The notes under the pieces: generated by a model
Told to the model about the DNA's origin: nothing
Seen by the model: the letters and a program-made list of their open reading frames with translations, nothing else
Databases searched by the model: none
Assembly (NCBI RefSeq): GCF_021869535.1
Contig: NW_026262734.1
Span: 98,704,001-98,768,000 of the forward strand
Direction: 5' to 3'
Source: Mytilus californianus
Taxonomy: Eukaryota
DNA: 64,000 bases
Shown here: positions 1 to 11,166 of the stretch, one piece after another
Position numbering within the stretch: position 1 is the stretch's first letter
Layout of the letters: each line of letters starts with the position of its first letter
Translations under genes and position numbers: made by a program

Positions 1-3000
1 AAAATAACCAAGAAAAGGATATTAATTCTTCATGCGAAGAGTCCAACAACGACGATTTTTCAGACAATACCGATCGGATTGTTACCATACATATTTGGTC
101 TGTCTGATGAATAAATTTAATAGACCGCTTTCTGTATTTTTTTTTTATTTAAATAAAACTACTTTTAATCATGATTGAAAATATAAATTTCTAATTATTG
201 ATGATCAAATTGTTCTGTTTTCTCTGTTACGGTAATGTTATAATTATGTGTGCGCCAGAAGCAGAAAAAAACGATAGTAAAAGTCAAATTAGGCGTTCGC
301 ATAGTGTCCGTTTTTTTGTGTGTTTTTTTGTTTTTTGTTTTTACATAGACTTTTAATAGGTATAAATTATCACCAAAAGTTATGCTTATAATTTTTTTGG
401 TTGGAAACCATGCATCACACAAAGGATTTGTATAGTGAAAAATCCTTAATCACACTATTTCTGCATTAGGATATTCAATTAACAATTTTATGTAAACAAT
501 TCAATTCAATATTTACTTCTCACCTTATGTATAAAATTACACAATACAAAACATTTATTGGAGGCTGTTGTTTTAGTGATTATATGTTGACACCTATAGC
601 ATACTTGACCATGTGAAAGGTAAGAAGGCACCTGTAGTGTGATTTACGTGTTATGTTATTTACCTTTTAAAACAATACATTTTTAAGAAAAACTATCTTA
701 TGTTGAAATAATTAATATAGTTATACTAAACTTCTAAAGTATGCTATTCCATCCAGACCCTTATAAATCTAATTTCAAAGTAAAGGAAGTACACAAAGTA
801 AATTCAAATTCACTTATTTCCATCCCTCTCTTTCAAATATCATTTAGCAATCAATTTGTTTATTGCTACCAGCAAAACGCTTGAGCCCATGAACATATTC
901 GCAACACATAATGTTCTTTTTCATAATATTTCTTCTAAAAGGGGTCATTTGAATAAATGTTAGATTTTCAATCGGACTGAGCAGGAAAATGTTTACATGT
1001 AACATACTTCAGTCTTCGAGAACATGAGTTGTGTATTAGCTGTACTTGGCTTTGATCAAGCTTACATTTTTTCTGCGGAAATTATTTTGTTATAAATAAG
1101 TTAATTTTCTCGTTAAAATTGTTTCACATTTTCACGTTGAAAACTTTAATAGCCGAATATACGGTATGGGGTTTTCTCACTGTTGGAGGCCTTACGGTAA
1201 ACGACACTTTCTTCATTTATTATAAAGTTTCCATTTTAAAAAGAAATGTTTTTCATCATCTGAATCTTTACCAACTAAATAGTTGTCAATAATTATATTC
1301 GATGTTCAATATAATAAACTTGAGAATGGAATAAGGGAATGTGTCAAAGAGACAACAACCCGACCAAACAGCAGAAAAGAATGTAAAAGACTTATGATTC
1401 ACATTCTCGTATCATTTCCTTATTTGCTTTTATGCTTTTTGTCTAACAATTTCTTATGAAGTGATAGACTTGCAAGCATACAGGAATATTACCTTTCCAT
1501 CTCAAGAAGTCAATTAAAAAAATGTATCTGTTATAAACCTTTTTATATCTGCATATTCTTAAAAGCAATAAAAATAAGATCTATATACAGGTTGTCGATT
1601 AGATATCAACACTTGTTAGGGTATTTAATTGGTGGTGCATAAGGTACTGTATGGTCGTACAACAGGTGTTCATTAAACATATGATTAGGTTGTTGTACCT
1701 GTATTACTATAATATATTCCAATCTCAACTGTGCCCTCGGCAAAACCAACATCCAGGATGTACACAAAGAGCTTATGAAGTAATATTGCGTAATAACTAT
1801 GTCTTATCAATCCCCCATGTGGCGTGACACCTGAAGTTTGCAACTTCAAACGAGACCTGAAATTGCGAAACTCAATCATCTGTACCGTACACCTGTGACC
1901 CATGATGTACTCATGGCATAGCACCCGAGACCCCAACTCTGGATTCCTTATGAAAGTGGGCGGAAAGAAGTGTAGTTTGGTCTTGTTAAAAAGTCTCATC
2001 TTTACACCTTCTAAATCTGCGTGTCATTCGAAAAACATAAAATATCATGTCAATATTCTTTTTAATTATATTGTTGAATCCATCGGCATCACACATAATC
2101 ATTGTTTATCACTGTCATGCGTTTTGTTGGATAATAATCGAATCTAAATTTGTGCTGTACCCATATGTCGGTATGAATGAATGTAACCACTTACGTAGTA
2201 GCCTCGTTCTGAGCGACTTCCGGGATGGAAATATGCATATTTGACAGGTCGATAAATCGTTGCATTAAATATCATTAAAAGACATATTTTACCAAATAGT
2301 TGACACTTACATTTCTATTGTTGTATTTTTGGGGAAAGTTAAGTATAAATAAACATTTTGAAACACAAATTGAAAATCGAGTCATGTCTCCTTTAATACA
2401 GCGTACTGTTGTGCATTGTGACAATAAATCTGGGAATCGTTTATTAATATATAATAATGTCCCAGAATAACCAATTTTATTTGCTAATTGAAAATTAAGC
2501 TGAATAAAATCATTTAAGACAGCAGAGAAGATAATTCTGTATAAATTGTTTATTACTCAGACTTAAATAAAGAGTGAGCTATTTATGATGTCTCTGTACT
2601 GGTCAAAGGGTCAGATTTGTCATACTTAATTAAACGATAAATTGTTGAAATTAGATAACATGTTTTCACGTGAAGAGAAATTTCACAAATATCAGTGCAT
2701 GATTGGATTACATCTTTCTTATTGGTCAATGATCTTGTGGGGTCAGCACGAGTTCACGTGTAAGTGCGTTGTGGTCACTTATCAAACAATTTGTGAAAAA
2801 TTCCCACCCGCATACCTCCCTTAATTTTATCTTTAGAAATAGATATGTATATATGTTTATTAGTGGGGCAGATTTTTCTCCCCATCTTTGCTAAGTATTC
2901 TTTGTCATTTATTCAATTGATTTGATTTTAGTTGATTTTATTTCGTAGTAATTATGTATTATAATTTCATATTAGTTATGAACTTTTATGTCAAATGTTT

Positions 3001-3470
3001 TATTCAGTGCAAAATGTATTTTTTGCATTATATGATTTTGAATGAATGACCTTTTCGTCAATTTAGTTTTTATATCATATAGCAAAACAAGCTCAGACTC
3101 TGGCCTGTGTATACATTAGTATGTTTATGGTATCTAACTGGCTGTCTTAATAACTTATTATTTCTGGACGTTTATCATGTGATATTTTGTAATTAATCAT
3201 AGCCTGGGAAAATGTCGGAAAGCATGAAGAAAATTAACAAAACGATATTTCTGTTATAAATATTTATCTTAAGTCGGAAACACAGTGGTCGGAAAGCAGA
3301 AAGATAATTGAATAAAAGGATTTTTCTGTCGAAAATATTTAATTCCATTAATAGATACTACCATACCAAGAGAATATTCATTAAAATTATTTAGTTTAAA
3401 CTGAGACTAAATTTATCCTTGATAGAATATAATTTAAAATGTTATATATACGTGTATTATGTCCCACAGG

Positions 3471-3937
3471 TATGACCGGACAATTTGGACTGTGCAATGA
3501 AATTAGTTTTTAAACAACATTTTATGAATTCAATTGTTTTAATGTATATTCTTGTTTTGCATTTATTTTATTATTCTGAACTTTGTCGTAAATTTAGGCA
3601 TAAGTGTTTTACACGGATTATGTGTCACAAAGGACTTAAATTCATTTACTCTATCCATTTAATTATTTATTCTCTGTAACAGTTTAGACAATAATTTACT
3701 TATACGTGTCGGACATTAATTACTCTTCTAATCTATTGTTATTTCTATTTGGCATATGTTAATCTTCTTAATCCTTTAATTGCTTGTGCTTATATATATT
3801 GTTATTGTTTGTATGTTACTTTACATTTGGTTTGGAGTTGTTGTTCGGTCTTGCCGGACTGCTAAAATAAAAGTTTAAGGAGCGAAATATTCCTTCTTGA
3901 TTTCCATTTAGCCGGAACGAAATTTTACCCGGCTATA
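3471..3937 (+). repeat. 5' LTR (467 bp; TATGAC...GCTATA)
   Basis: Direct repeat of 4873-5349. Confidence 0.93.
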
Positions 3938-3939
3938 TC

Positions 3940-3950
3940 TGGTGTTAGGA
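3940..3950 (+). promoter_or_regulatory. Primer-binding site, tRNA-Leu-like
   Basis: TGGTGTTAGGA starts 3 nt after the LTR. It matches the tRNA-Leu(CAG)-type PBS TGGTGTCAGGA with one G-U-compatible change. Confidence 0.65.
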
Positions 3951-4006
3951 CATCCGGGCAACGCATCTATCGGATACCTTGCTCTACCTGTGAAGCAAAC
4001 AGAAAA

Positions 4007-4831
4007 ATGGATACGCGGAGAACCAGAAATTTTGGCCGAGACTGGAGATACCAGATGTCTGATCATGGAACTACCTTTCAGACAAGAAATTTTCAACATA
4101 TGGACAACTACCTATGTAAGTTTTGTGGAAAGACTGTGAACAATCAATTTCATTTTAGACAATGTATAGCAAAAACGTCATTTTGCTATACGTGCAGAAG
4201 TTTTGGACATTACGCCAGAATGTGTAATTTTCACAGACAACCGGACGTGAAAGTTGTTAAGGTTAAATCCAAATCGAAATTACGTCGTGACGCAGAAAGA
4301 ATGATAAAATTCAAAGAACAGAAAGCTATGTCAATTTTTCCTTGTGCGGAACTCAATACTATTGAACTGATGGACTTCTTTCCAACCTTAGGTTATAATA
4401 GGGAATTTATAGATAACGTTAGACTCAGGCACGATCGAGTGAATTCCGAGAGAGTTAAATTCAAAATTAAAAGTGTACACTATGAAAAGAAATTTAAAGA
4501 ATTAAATCAAAAGCATACCAGTGTTGTTAGCAATCTAGAAAAACTTCAAAAACAAAACGCAGATGACCAAAAAGATATGGAAAAATTACGGGAACGCATT
4601 ACTGATCTTGAAGAAGCTAATTTTCGGATTTACGATCAAAGATGTGAAGCAATCGACCAGCAATACCAATTACAACGCGATAAAGAACATATGCGGGATC
4701 GAATCACCAAACTAGAAGACGAATTGGACAATTTTCGGAAAAATACAAAAGAAGATAATCATCCAAACCAAAACTATCGTTACAGAGGACGCCACAACCA
4801 CAGAGGAAACTTTCGGAACAATTTAAGATGA
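4007..4831 (+). CDS. Gag-like 274-aa protein: CCHC zinc knuckle plus long coiled coil plus Arg/Asn/Gly-rich tail
   Basis: Intact ORF containing CYTCRSFGHYARMC (CX2CX4HX4C), preceded by CKFCGK...HFRQC. The E/K/Q/L heptad-rich C-terminal half ends in YRYRGRHNHRGNFRNNLR. No PR, RT or IN. Confidence 0.8.
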   Translation: MDTRRTRNFGRDWRYQMSDHGTTFQTRNFQHMDNYLCKFCGKTVNNQFHFRQCIAKTSFCYTCRSFGHYARMCNFHRQPDVKVVKVKSKSKLRRDAERMIKFKEQKAMSIFPCAELNTIELMDFFPTLGYNREFIDNVRLRHDRVNSERVKFKIKSVHYEKKFKELNQKHTSVVSNLEKLQKQNADDQKDMEKLRERITDLEEANFRIYDQRCEAIDQQYQLQRDKEHMRDRITKLEDELDNFRKNTKEDNHPNQNYRYRGRHNHRGNFRNNLR

Positions 4832-4872
4832 ACAGTAAGACCCGGGTCGTGTCTTCAAGGGCCGCGGGAATA

Positions 4873-5349
4873 TATGACCGGACAATTTGGACTGTGCAAT
4901 GAAATTAGTTTTTAAACAACATTTTATGAATTCAATTGTTTTAATGTATATTCTTGTTTTGCATTTATTTTATTATTCTGAACTTTGTCGTAAATTTAGG
5001 CATAAGTGTTTTACACGGATTATGTGTCATAATCTTGGACAAAGGACTTAAATTCATTTACTCTATCCATTTAATTATTTATTCTCTGTAACAGTTTAGA
5101 CAATAATTTACTTATACGTGTCGGACATTAATTACTCTTCTAATCTATTGTTATTTCTATTTGGCATATGTTAATCTTCTTAATCCTTTAATTGCTTGTG
5201 CTTATATATATTGTTATTGTTTGTATGTTACTTTACATTTGGTTTGGAGTTGTTGTTCGGTCTTGCCGGACTGCTAAAATAAAAGTTTAAGGAGCGAAAT
5301 ATTCCTTCTTGATTTCAATTTAGCCGGAACGCCATTAGACCCGGCTATA
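4873..5349 (+). repeat. 3' LTR (477 bp)
   Basis: Copy of 3471-3937 with a 10-bp insertion (taatcttgga) and about 5 substitutions near the 3' end. Confidence 0.93.
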
Positions 5350-5876
5350 CAGGTTTGAACAGTGAATACATTTATGAAAATTATATGCAACATATGAGCA
5401 CCAATGAGCAGGGATGCATATACATAAGTAAGTATCTAAATTTTAAATGGTAGTGAATGAAAAAATACTTGCTTGGTTTCAATTCACAAGGACTTTAAAT
5501 CCTTGCATCTCACAACAAACGTAATTAATATTTTACAATAATCATAAAAAAACTTAATTACTACGTTAATATAAGCCTCTGCTTATAATTTGCATAGCAA
5601 TATATTAATATAGTGGAAAGTAAAGTTAGAGGATTTGATAAATAAAACGTCCACCAGTAAATACTTGACGTTTGTGTTTATTGATATTATATCTAAATTA
5701 TCGGAAAATATTCATTAACAGGAATGTATGTTAATAATTAAATTTTAATTCTTTTTTTGTTTTTGTTTTTAATAGTTCAACCTTATAGCATTTAAATCTT
5801 TGCAATATGGTACGATTTTGAAAATTGTATTCATTATCCTACACGTCCTGGTTCATTTACATTATATATCGCCCTG

Positions 5877-6003
5877 CAGCCGGTTGTACGAACGTGTCAT
5901 TAGTCTAATGAGTCATCAAGTCTTCATTAGCCTAATGCATCATAAAGGCATAATGAAGACTTAATGACCCATTAGGCTAATGTCACGTTCGTACAACCGG
6001 CTG
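5877..6003. mobile_element. 127-bp palindromic MITE
   Basis: 53-bp inverted arms (cagccggttgtacgaacgtg.../...cacgttcgtacaaccggctg) with 4 mismatches, flanked by ctg/atg. Absent at the paralogous site (catcctgttcac, ~13913). Confidence 0.85.
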
Positions 6004-6420
6004 ATGTTCACACAACACACTAATGAACACTTTCGGTTTGCGTTCACACAAATTCCGGATTAAATGGCAATGAATCCGGAGTCAAAACACTTGAGGGGTG
6101 TAGTTTGACATCCGAATTTAAACATTAGATTGGAGCCAAGATTAATATATGTGATGATGCAAATGCGTATTCTTATCTAGAGTATCCGTGCGTATGCTTT
6201 CTATTTACTATTACTGAAAAAAACACGTGCATGCATAAGTATTAATTTCACTCACGAATGTGAATTTTCGCCTTTCTTATCTAAATTCGGGACACGACAG
6301 TAAGAGCTTGACATGTGACTTTCAAGCATGGTCATCATTACTTAAGGTATTCTGACCTCTAGCTTTTCCTCTTTTCTTTTTCTTTTTTGAGTGACTGTCC
6401 TATTATAAACTTTGACATTT

Positions 6421-6629
6421 TCGAAATGCTCAGGATTTCCTACCTCAGGAATAGATTACCTTAGATGTATTCGGCAAAACCTTTGTTTCGAACTTTTGGG
6501 TCCTCAATTCCTTTCATCTTCGTACTTTATTTGGCCTTTTTAACTTCTTTTTTTTTTTTCGAGCGTCACTGATGAGTCTTTTGTATACTGAACTCGCGTC
6601 TGGCGTACAACATTTTAATCCTGGTATCT
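6421..6629 (-). repeat. Dispersed repeat family A (other copies 14201-14329 -, 30921-31130 +, 59655-59880 +, 61344-61388 +)
   Basis: Copies share the motifs ataccagg/ccagacgcgcgtttc/aagactcatcagtgacgctcg/gccaaatacagctaaggtaatctattcctg. Ends approximate. Confidence 0.8.
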
Positions 6630-7976
6630 TTTTATATCTGCATATCTTTTTATATAAATTGGTTCTTTTGAGAGTATGTTCAGGTATTCATAAAACTCCT
6701 GAAAATAAGATATTCTTCAAAACTAAGTTATCCTGTAGAATATTTGGATTGATTTAAGTAACTCCAGGAAATCTTTAAAATTTGAACTGTTTTATGAGAC
6801 CAAAATAATTGTCAGTTTATAAGAGGTCCCAATGAAGCTGGTGTGTTACTCTCAAGAAAAATATACAAAACCTTCTAAGTTGCATGCCACAGGGTTTCAC
6901 TCTCCATTGAAATTGGACTTTAAATTTATCTATACAACATCAACCATGAGTACAAACAGCTTCAATAACGAGTATAAGAATAATTGAAGGCATCCAGGAA
7001 ACAAAATATGAAGATATGATAGATAAAATAAATGCACCCAATAAATGCAAGCAAACCGAGTGCTTAAATTTATATTGCGATTGGTTTGTGTAATTTGCAT
7101 TAGACATATGGTTTGCAGAAACTGGGATTTGCAAAAACATGATGTACACTCCCAAGTAATAAATAAAATAGTCAAGCCTTAAAATGTTAATTTAAATAGT
7201 AGCAGTATATGTTCATTTTTCTTTTCACAGCTATCCAACATTGCTTTCAACTGACTTGTGCAAGAATCTACACACAATTACATATTTTCAATAAAAAAGT
7301 TTTAACATCATCATTATCTTTATTCTATCAATTATTTCAAATCAAAAGCAAACAAAAATTCAGCAACATTTTTTGGTGACCAGTCAGCGGTCTCGGGTTC
7401 ACGTATTGCTTTTTTTTAATGAAAGCAACTTGTTTTAATATCATATGTATAAGAGTCTTTATTGAGTTTACACAATACATATACATTAGAATTCCGATTA
7501 TCTGTTGGACTGAAAAGGAAAAATTTCGTTACCTTACACATAGATTATATTCTAATTGACTCCTGGCGTATAATGTATATTCCCAAATGCATGTATGTCC
7601 ATTGTATGTTTTTTTTATATGTAATTTGTATTAATAAGTGTACGTGAAGAGTTCATGAATGAAATTTGAAAATATTAAATAGCAAAATGAATGATCTCTT
7701 GAAACCATAATCTCTAATTTTATTAGTCGTGTCTTAATAAGGAGTATTGGAATGTACTTTTATGACAATCTATATAAAATAACTTGAAATACAATGAATT
7801 TAACACCAAACAATAATGATAAAATTCTATGTTTTGTGTCTTATGTTTTAATTTATTTTTAAGGATGTTTTCAATTGTCCTGATTTTTTTGTTTTCACGC
7901 GGCTTTACATTTTTACAAAAAAACATTCCTCGGGATAGAAACCTTGAATTACGACCATTAATTGCTAACAAATGTT

Positions 7977-8006
7977 GGGTTGGGGTGGGGGTGGGGTGGG
8001 AGTGGG
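7977..8006 (+). other. G-tract cluster (potential G-quadruplex)
   Basis: gggttggggtgggggtggggtgggagtggg has six runs of 3 or more G. Confidence 0.6.
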
Positions 8007-8810
8007 AGGAATCAAATAAGCATAATCTTTTGTAGAAGTAAAAACTAAAATATTCTACATGTATATTTCAGCTGAAAATCTGCTAAAAAAAAACACGCGA
8101 TCGTACAGTACAAATGATGGCCGATTTAGTTTGTTAGAGTGGGGAAAAGGAGAGGTTGAATACACCCCCAACGAAACCAAAAAAGAAAAGAAAATATAAA
8201 ATGTTTTCTTAAAAAAATTCAAACTCCGAACTATCTTTCTTTCTTGTACAGTAACCTAACTCTTTCCTTTACTGACTGGGATATCAAGCGATTAACATCG
8301 AAAATGATGCTGAACATTAGTTGATCATGATTCCTCAGGTCAATAACGGATTTTCATTATTGAAATGTGAAAATCACATTGAATGTTTACTATATTTAAA
8401 TCTACCGGACTTTATAATTCACGAAGAGTTATATACCTTTGTCTTCTGGGGAAATACCTTATTAATCTGAGATTTTCATCACGTGAGTTGTAATTTTTGC
8501 ATGCTGTCAACTCTTATACAATGTAAGTACCAATTTGTGAGTAGTAAAGGAAATAATACTATCTGTATTTTAATATGCATACTTAAAAATGCCGGAAACA
8601 TTTTATTTCCTTATTTACAACACGCGGAACTATAAATATTCATCGACTTGAATGTAACTAATCTGAACTGATATTCTAACTGACAATGCGTTTCCTGTAG
8701 GCTTATTGAGAAAAAAAACAGGAAATACTTTATTGAATTTGTTTATGTTATTTTGTTATTTTTTGTGGCTTATTTTGTTTTGTTCTGCTCCGTATGTTAG
8801 CGTGTTGTTC

Positions 8811-8832
8811 GTGTGTGTGTGTGTGTGTGTGT
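8811..8832. repeat. (GT)11 microsatellite
   Basis: Read directly from the sequence. Confidence 0.95.
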
Positions 8833-9000
8833 GCACAAGTTAATAAACATGAATGCGATTGCATTTAGTTTTCTTATCTTGGATCGAAATGAATTAAAAA
8901 AAAGAGAAATTTGTAAAATTTACTGTGGTGTCAGAAGTAAGAATGTCTTATAGACAGCTAATAGTCTATAATGATTTTAATTAAAGTCGTTATTTTGTGT

Positions 9001-9697
9001 TGGATAAAATCAATAAATCGTTTAAATATAAGTTACAATTAAAGTCGCCAAAAATTAATTGGTGTTCGAAAAATATTGTTTTCTGCCATATCGACACAAT
9101 CAGGTGAAAATCCCCAATATTTTTAAAAACATCTATAAATAATATAAAAAGTCCAAAGTTAAAAATAAACCAGATAGGGTCAAATGAGTGCGAATGTTTA
9201 ACATATATATTCAGATGTTTAGATATTAGGAATAAAATCAATAAATCGTATAAATATTAGTTACAATTAAAGCCTCCAAAAATTAATAGGTTTTCGAAAA
9301 ACTAGTATTTTAAAAGCCAACACTATTGTTTTCTGCCATATCGACACAATTAGGTGAAAATCCCCAATATTTTTAAAAACATCTATAAATAATATAAAAA
9401 GTCCAAAGTTAAAAATAAACCAGATAGGGTCAAATGAGTGCGAATGTTTAACATATATATTCAGATGTTTAGATATTAGGAATAAAATCAATAAATCGTA
9501 TAAATATTAGTTACAATTAAAGCCTCCAAAAATTAATAGGTTTTCGAAAAACTAGTATTTTAAAAGCCAACACTATTGTTTTCTGCCATATCGACACAAT
9601 TAGGTGAAAATCCCCAATATTTAAAAATCTTTAAATAAAATAAAAAGTCCATAGCATGGGTCTACTGAGTGCGAAGGCCTAACATATATATTCAGAA
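9001..9697. repeat. Tandem array of three ~220-250-bp units
   Basis: Units at ~9001-9228, 9229-9478 and 9479-9697. The period of 250 is also reflected in the duplicated ORFs starting at 9241 and 9491. Confidence 0.9.
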
Positions 9698-10503
9698 CCA
9701 GCGAGTAAATAATCTGTGTCATAGCATGTATTAGATACACCTTGAGGCCGTTAGCCCGGATGAGTGACACGTATCTCATTTAAACCAATTTAAGATGTTA
9801 ATGTCAATGCAGAATGATAGTTTTCAATAATTTAGAAGGGGGTCTTTCAGCTATTTGACAATATGTTATTGAAAAGCATGATAAATGCAGGGTATCCAAT
9901 TTCATTTAACGACGTCTTGTTGTGAATACAGATAAGATAACAGTGTTATCAAGTAAAAAAAAACATAACCAGCCATACTTTTTTAATGGGGGAAGGGGGA
10001 CTCGGCCTTTATTAAAATAACAAACTATAGTTTTAATAACATACTGGAACGAGATTTCTTTTTTGAAACTTTTTTTTGAAAGTAAAATTTTTTGTTCCTA
10101 TTTTCTATGGCATTAAACTCTTTGTTCCGCTTCCATTCTGAATGAAATCACTTTTTTTCAAGTACTTTTAAATAAAAATTATTTTTTTAAAAAGACTTTG
10201 ATCCCTTACAAAGATGAATGGTCGTTGCCTAAATCTTTATCTTTAAAATAAAATGTTTGTTCTACTGTCAAATGTTTTTTGAATATTTCGGAAGTTATGG
10301 GGCTTTTGTAACAATGACATCTTGTAATAGAAACTCATCTTTATGTCAGTTCTTTTACAGAAAAGTCTCATAATTGGTGGGATTGTTTGCCATTATTTTA
10401 AGTTGACCATATTGTAACCTCATTTTGATTCGATCGATTTTACGGGAGTTATGGGACTTTGAACTTTTTGGAGTATTGTAACAATTACACTCTTTGAACG
10501 TAA

Positions 10504-10573
10504 CATCTTCGCTAGCCAAGGGTTGCGATCCAGTCCCTTCCTCTCCGATCGTAACCCTTGGCTAGCGAAGATG
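10504..10573. mobile_element. 70-bp hairpin mini-MITE with 9-bp TSD (Mutator-like)
   Basis: 27-bp TIR catcttcgctagccaagggttgcgatc / gatcgtaacccttggctagcgaagatg with 1 mismatch. TSD tgaacgtaa at 10495-10503 and 10574-10582. Confidence 0.88.
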
Positions 10574-11047
10574 TGAACGTAACTGCTCTGAGACCATTTG
10601 ACAGAAAGCTCTAATGTTTGCTATCATATGTTGTTGACCATATTATGCCGTCATGTATTTTACCATTGTTACGGAAGTTATAAAAAAGTATATAAAAAAT
10701 ACAAAAATCCAAGGTAAATTCAAAAAAAGAGAAGTCTGTTAAATTGACAAAAATCAAACATGAGACTTTATCAACAAACGAATAGAAAAACCCAATCAGC
10801 ATCATATTCCTGACTTGGTACGTGCATTTTTTTGTAGAAAATGGTGGGTTAAACCTGGTTTTATAGCTAGCTAAACTTCCCACATGTATGACAGTTGTTT
10901 ATAGTTTCGTTATATTGACAAAATTGGGTGATCAACCAAAAGAGACATAACAGGTTAATGTGACAATAATTGGGATCTAGCAGCCAAACCTGTGTAAACA
11001 TACAACACAACTGATTAAAAAATTAAAACAAACATACAAACAAATTT

Positions 11048-11166
11048 AACAAAGATGTTTTTGTAGTTGATAGTAAATTTCATAAAGAGGCCAACACAAT
11101 TTGTTATTGTAGTTGATAGTAAATTTGTTAAAGACGCCAACAAAAAAGTATTTGTAGTTGATAGTA
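11048..11166. repeat. Three ~45-50-bp tandem units
   Basis: The core ttgtagttgatagta recurs three times. Confidence 0.8.

Larger units (their letters stand above)
3471..5349 (+). mobile_element. Complete non-autonomous LTR retroelement (1879 bp, TRIM/TR-GAG-like)
   Basis: Direct repeats at 3471-3937 and 4873-5349, and a 4-bp TSD CAGG (3467-3470, 5350-5353). PBS lies just after the 5' LTR and a purine-rich tract precedes the 3' LTR. The empty site atgtcccacaggttttaacagtgaatacattt is present at ~13350-13381. Confidence 0.92.
2400..7440 (+). pseudogene. Decayed Toll-like-receptor-like (LRR-LRRCT-TM-TIR) pseudogene, copy 1, interrupted by an LTR element, a MITE and a dispersed repeat
   Basis: Hand translation across stops and frameshifts gives: LRR-like DFKSLHLTTNVINILQ*S*KNLITTL (5491 on); GNL*NLNC, LRR-CT-like (~6765-6795); a hydrophobic stretch (~6890-6950); TIR-like pieces CDWFV*FALDIWFAETG, INKIV..NS and FN*LVQE (~7070-7270). 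Colinear with 12410-15155. Boundaries approximate. Confidence 0.5.

Noticed and set aside
6940-7175. Minus-strand hydrophobic ORFs resembling a GPCR TM6 (ISSYFVSWMPSII), echoed in copy 2
   Set aside because: The + strand gives an ordered LRR-TM-TIR pattern. Antisense translations of A-rich coding DNA are hydrophobic by default, and no other GPCR helices line up.
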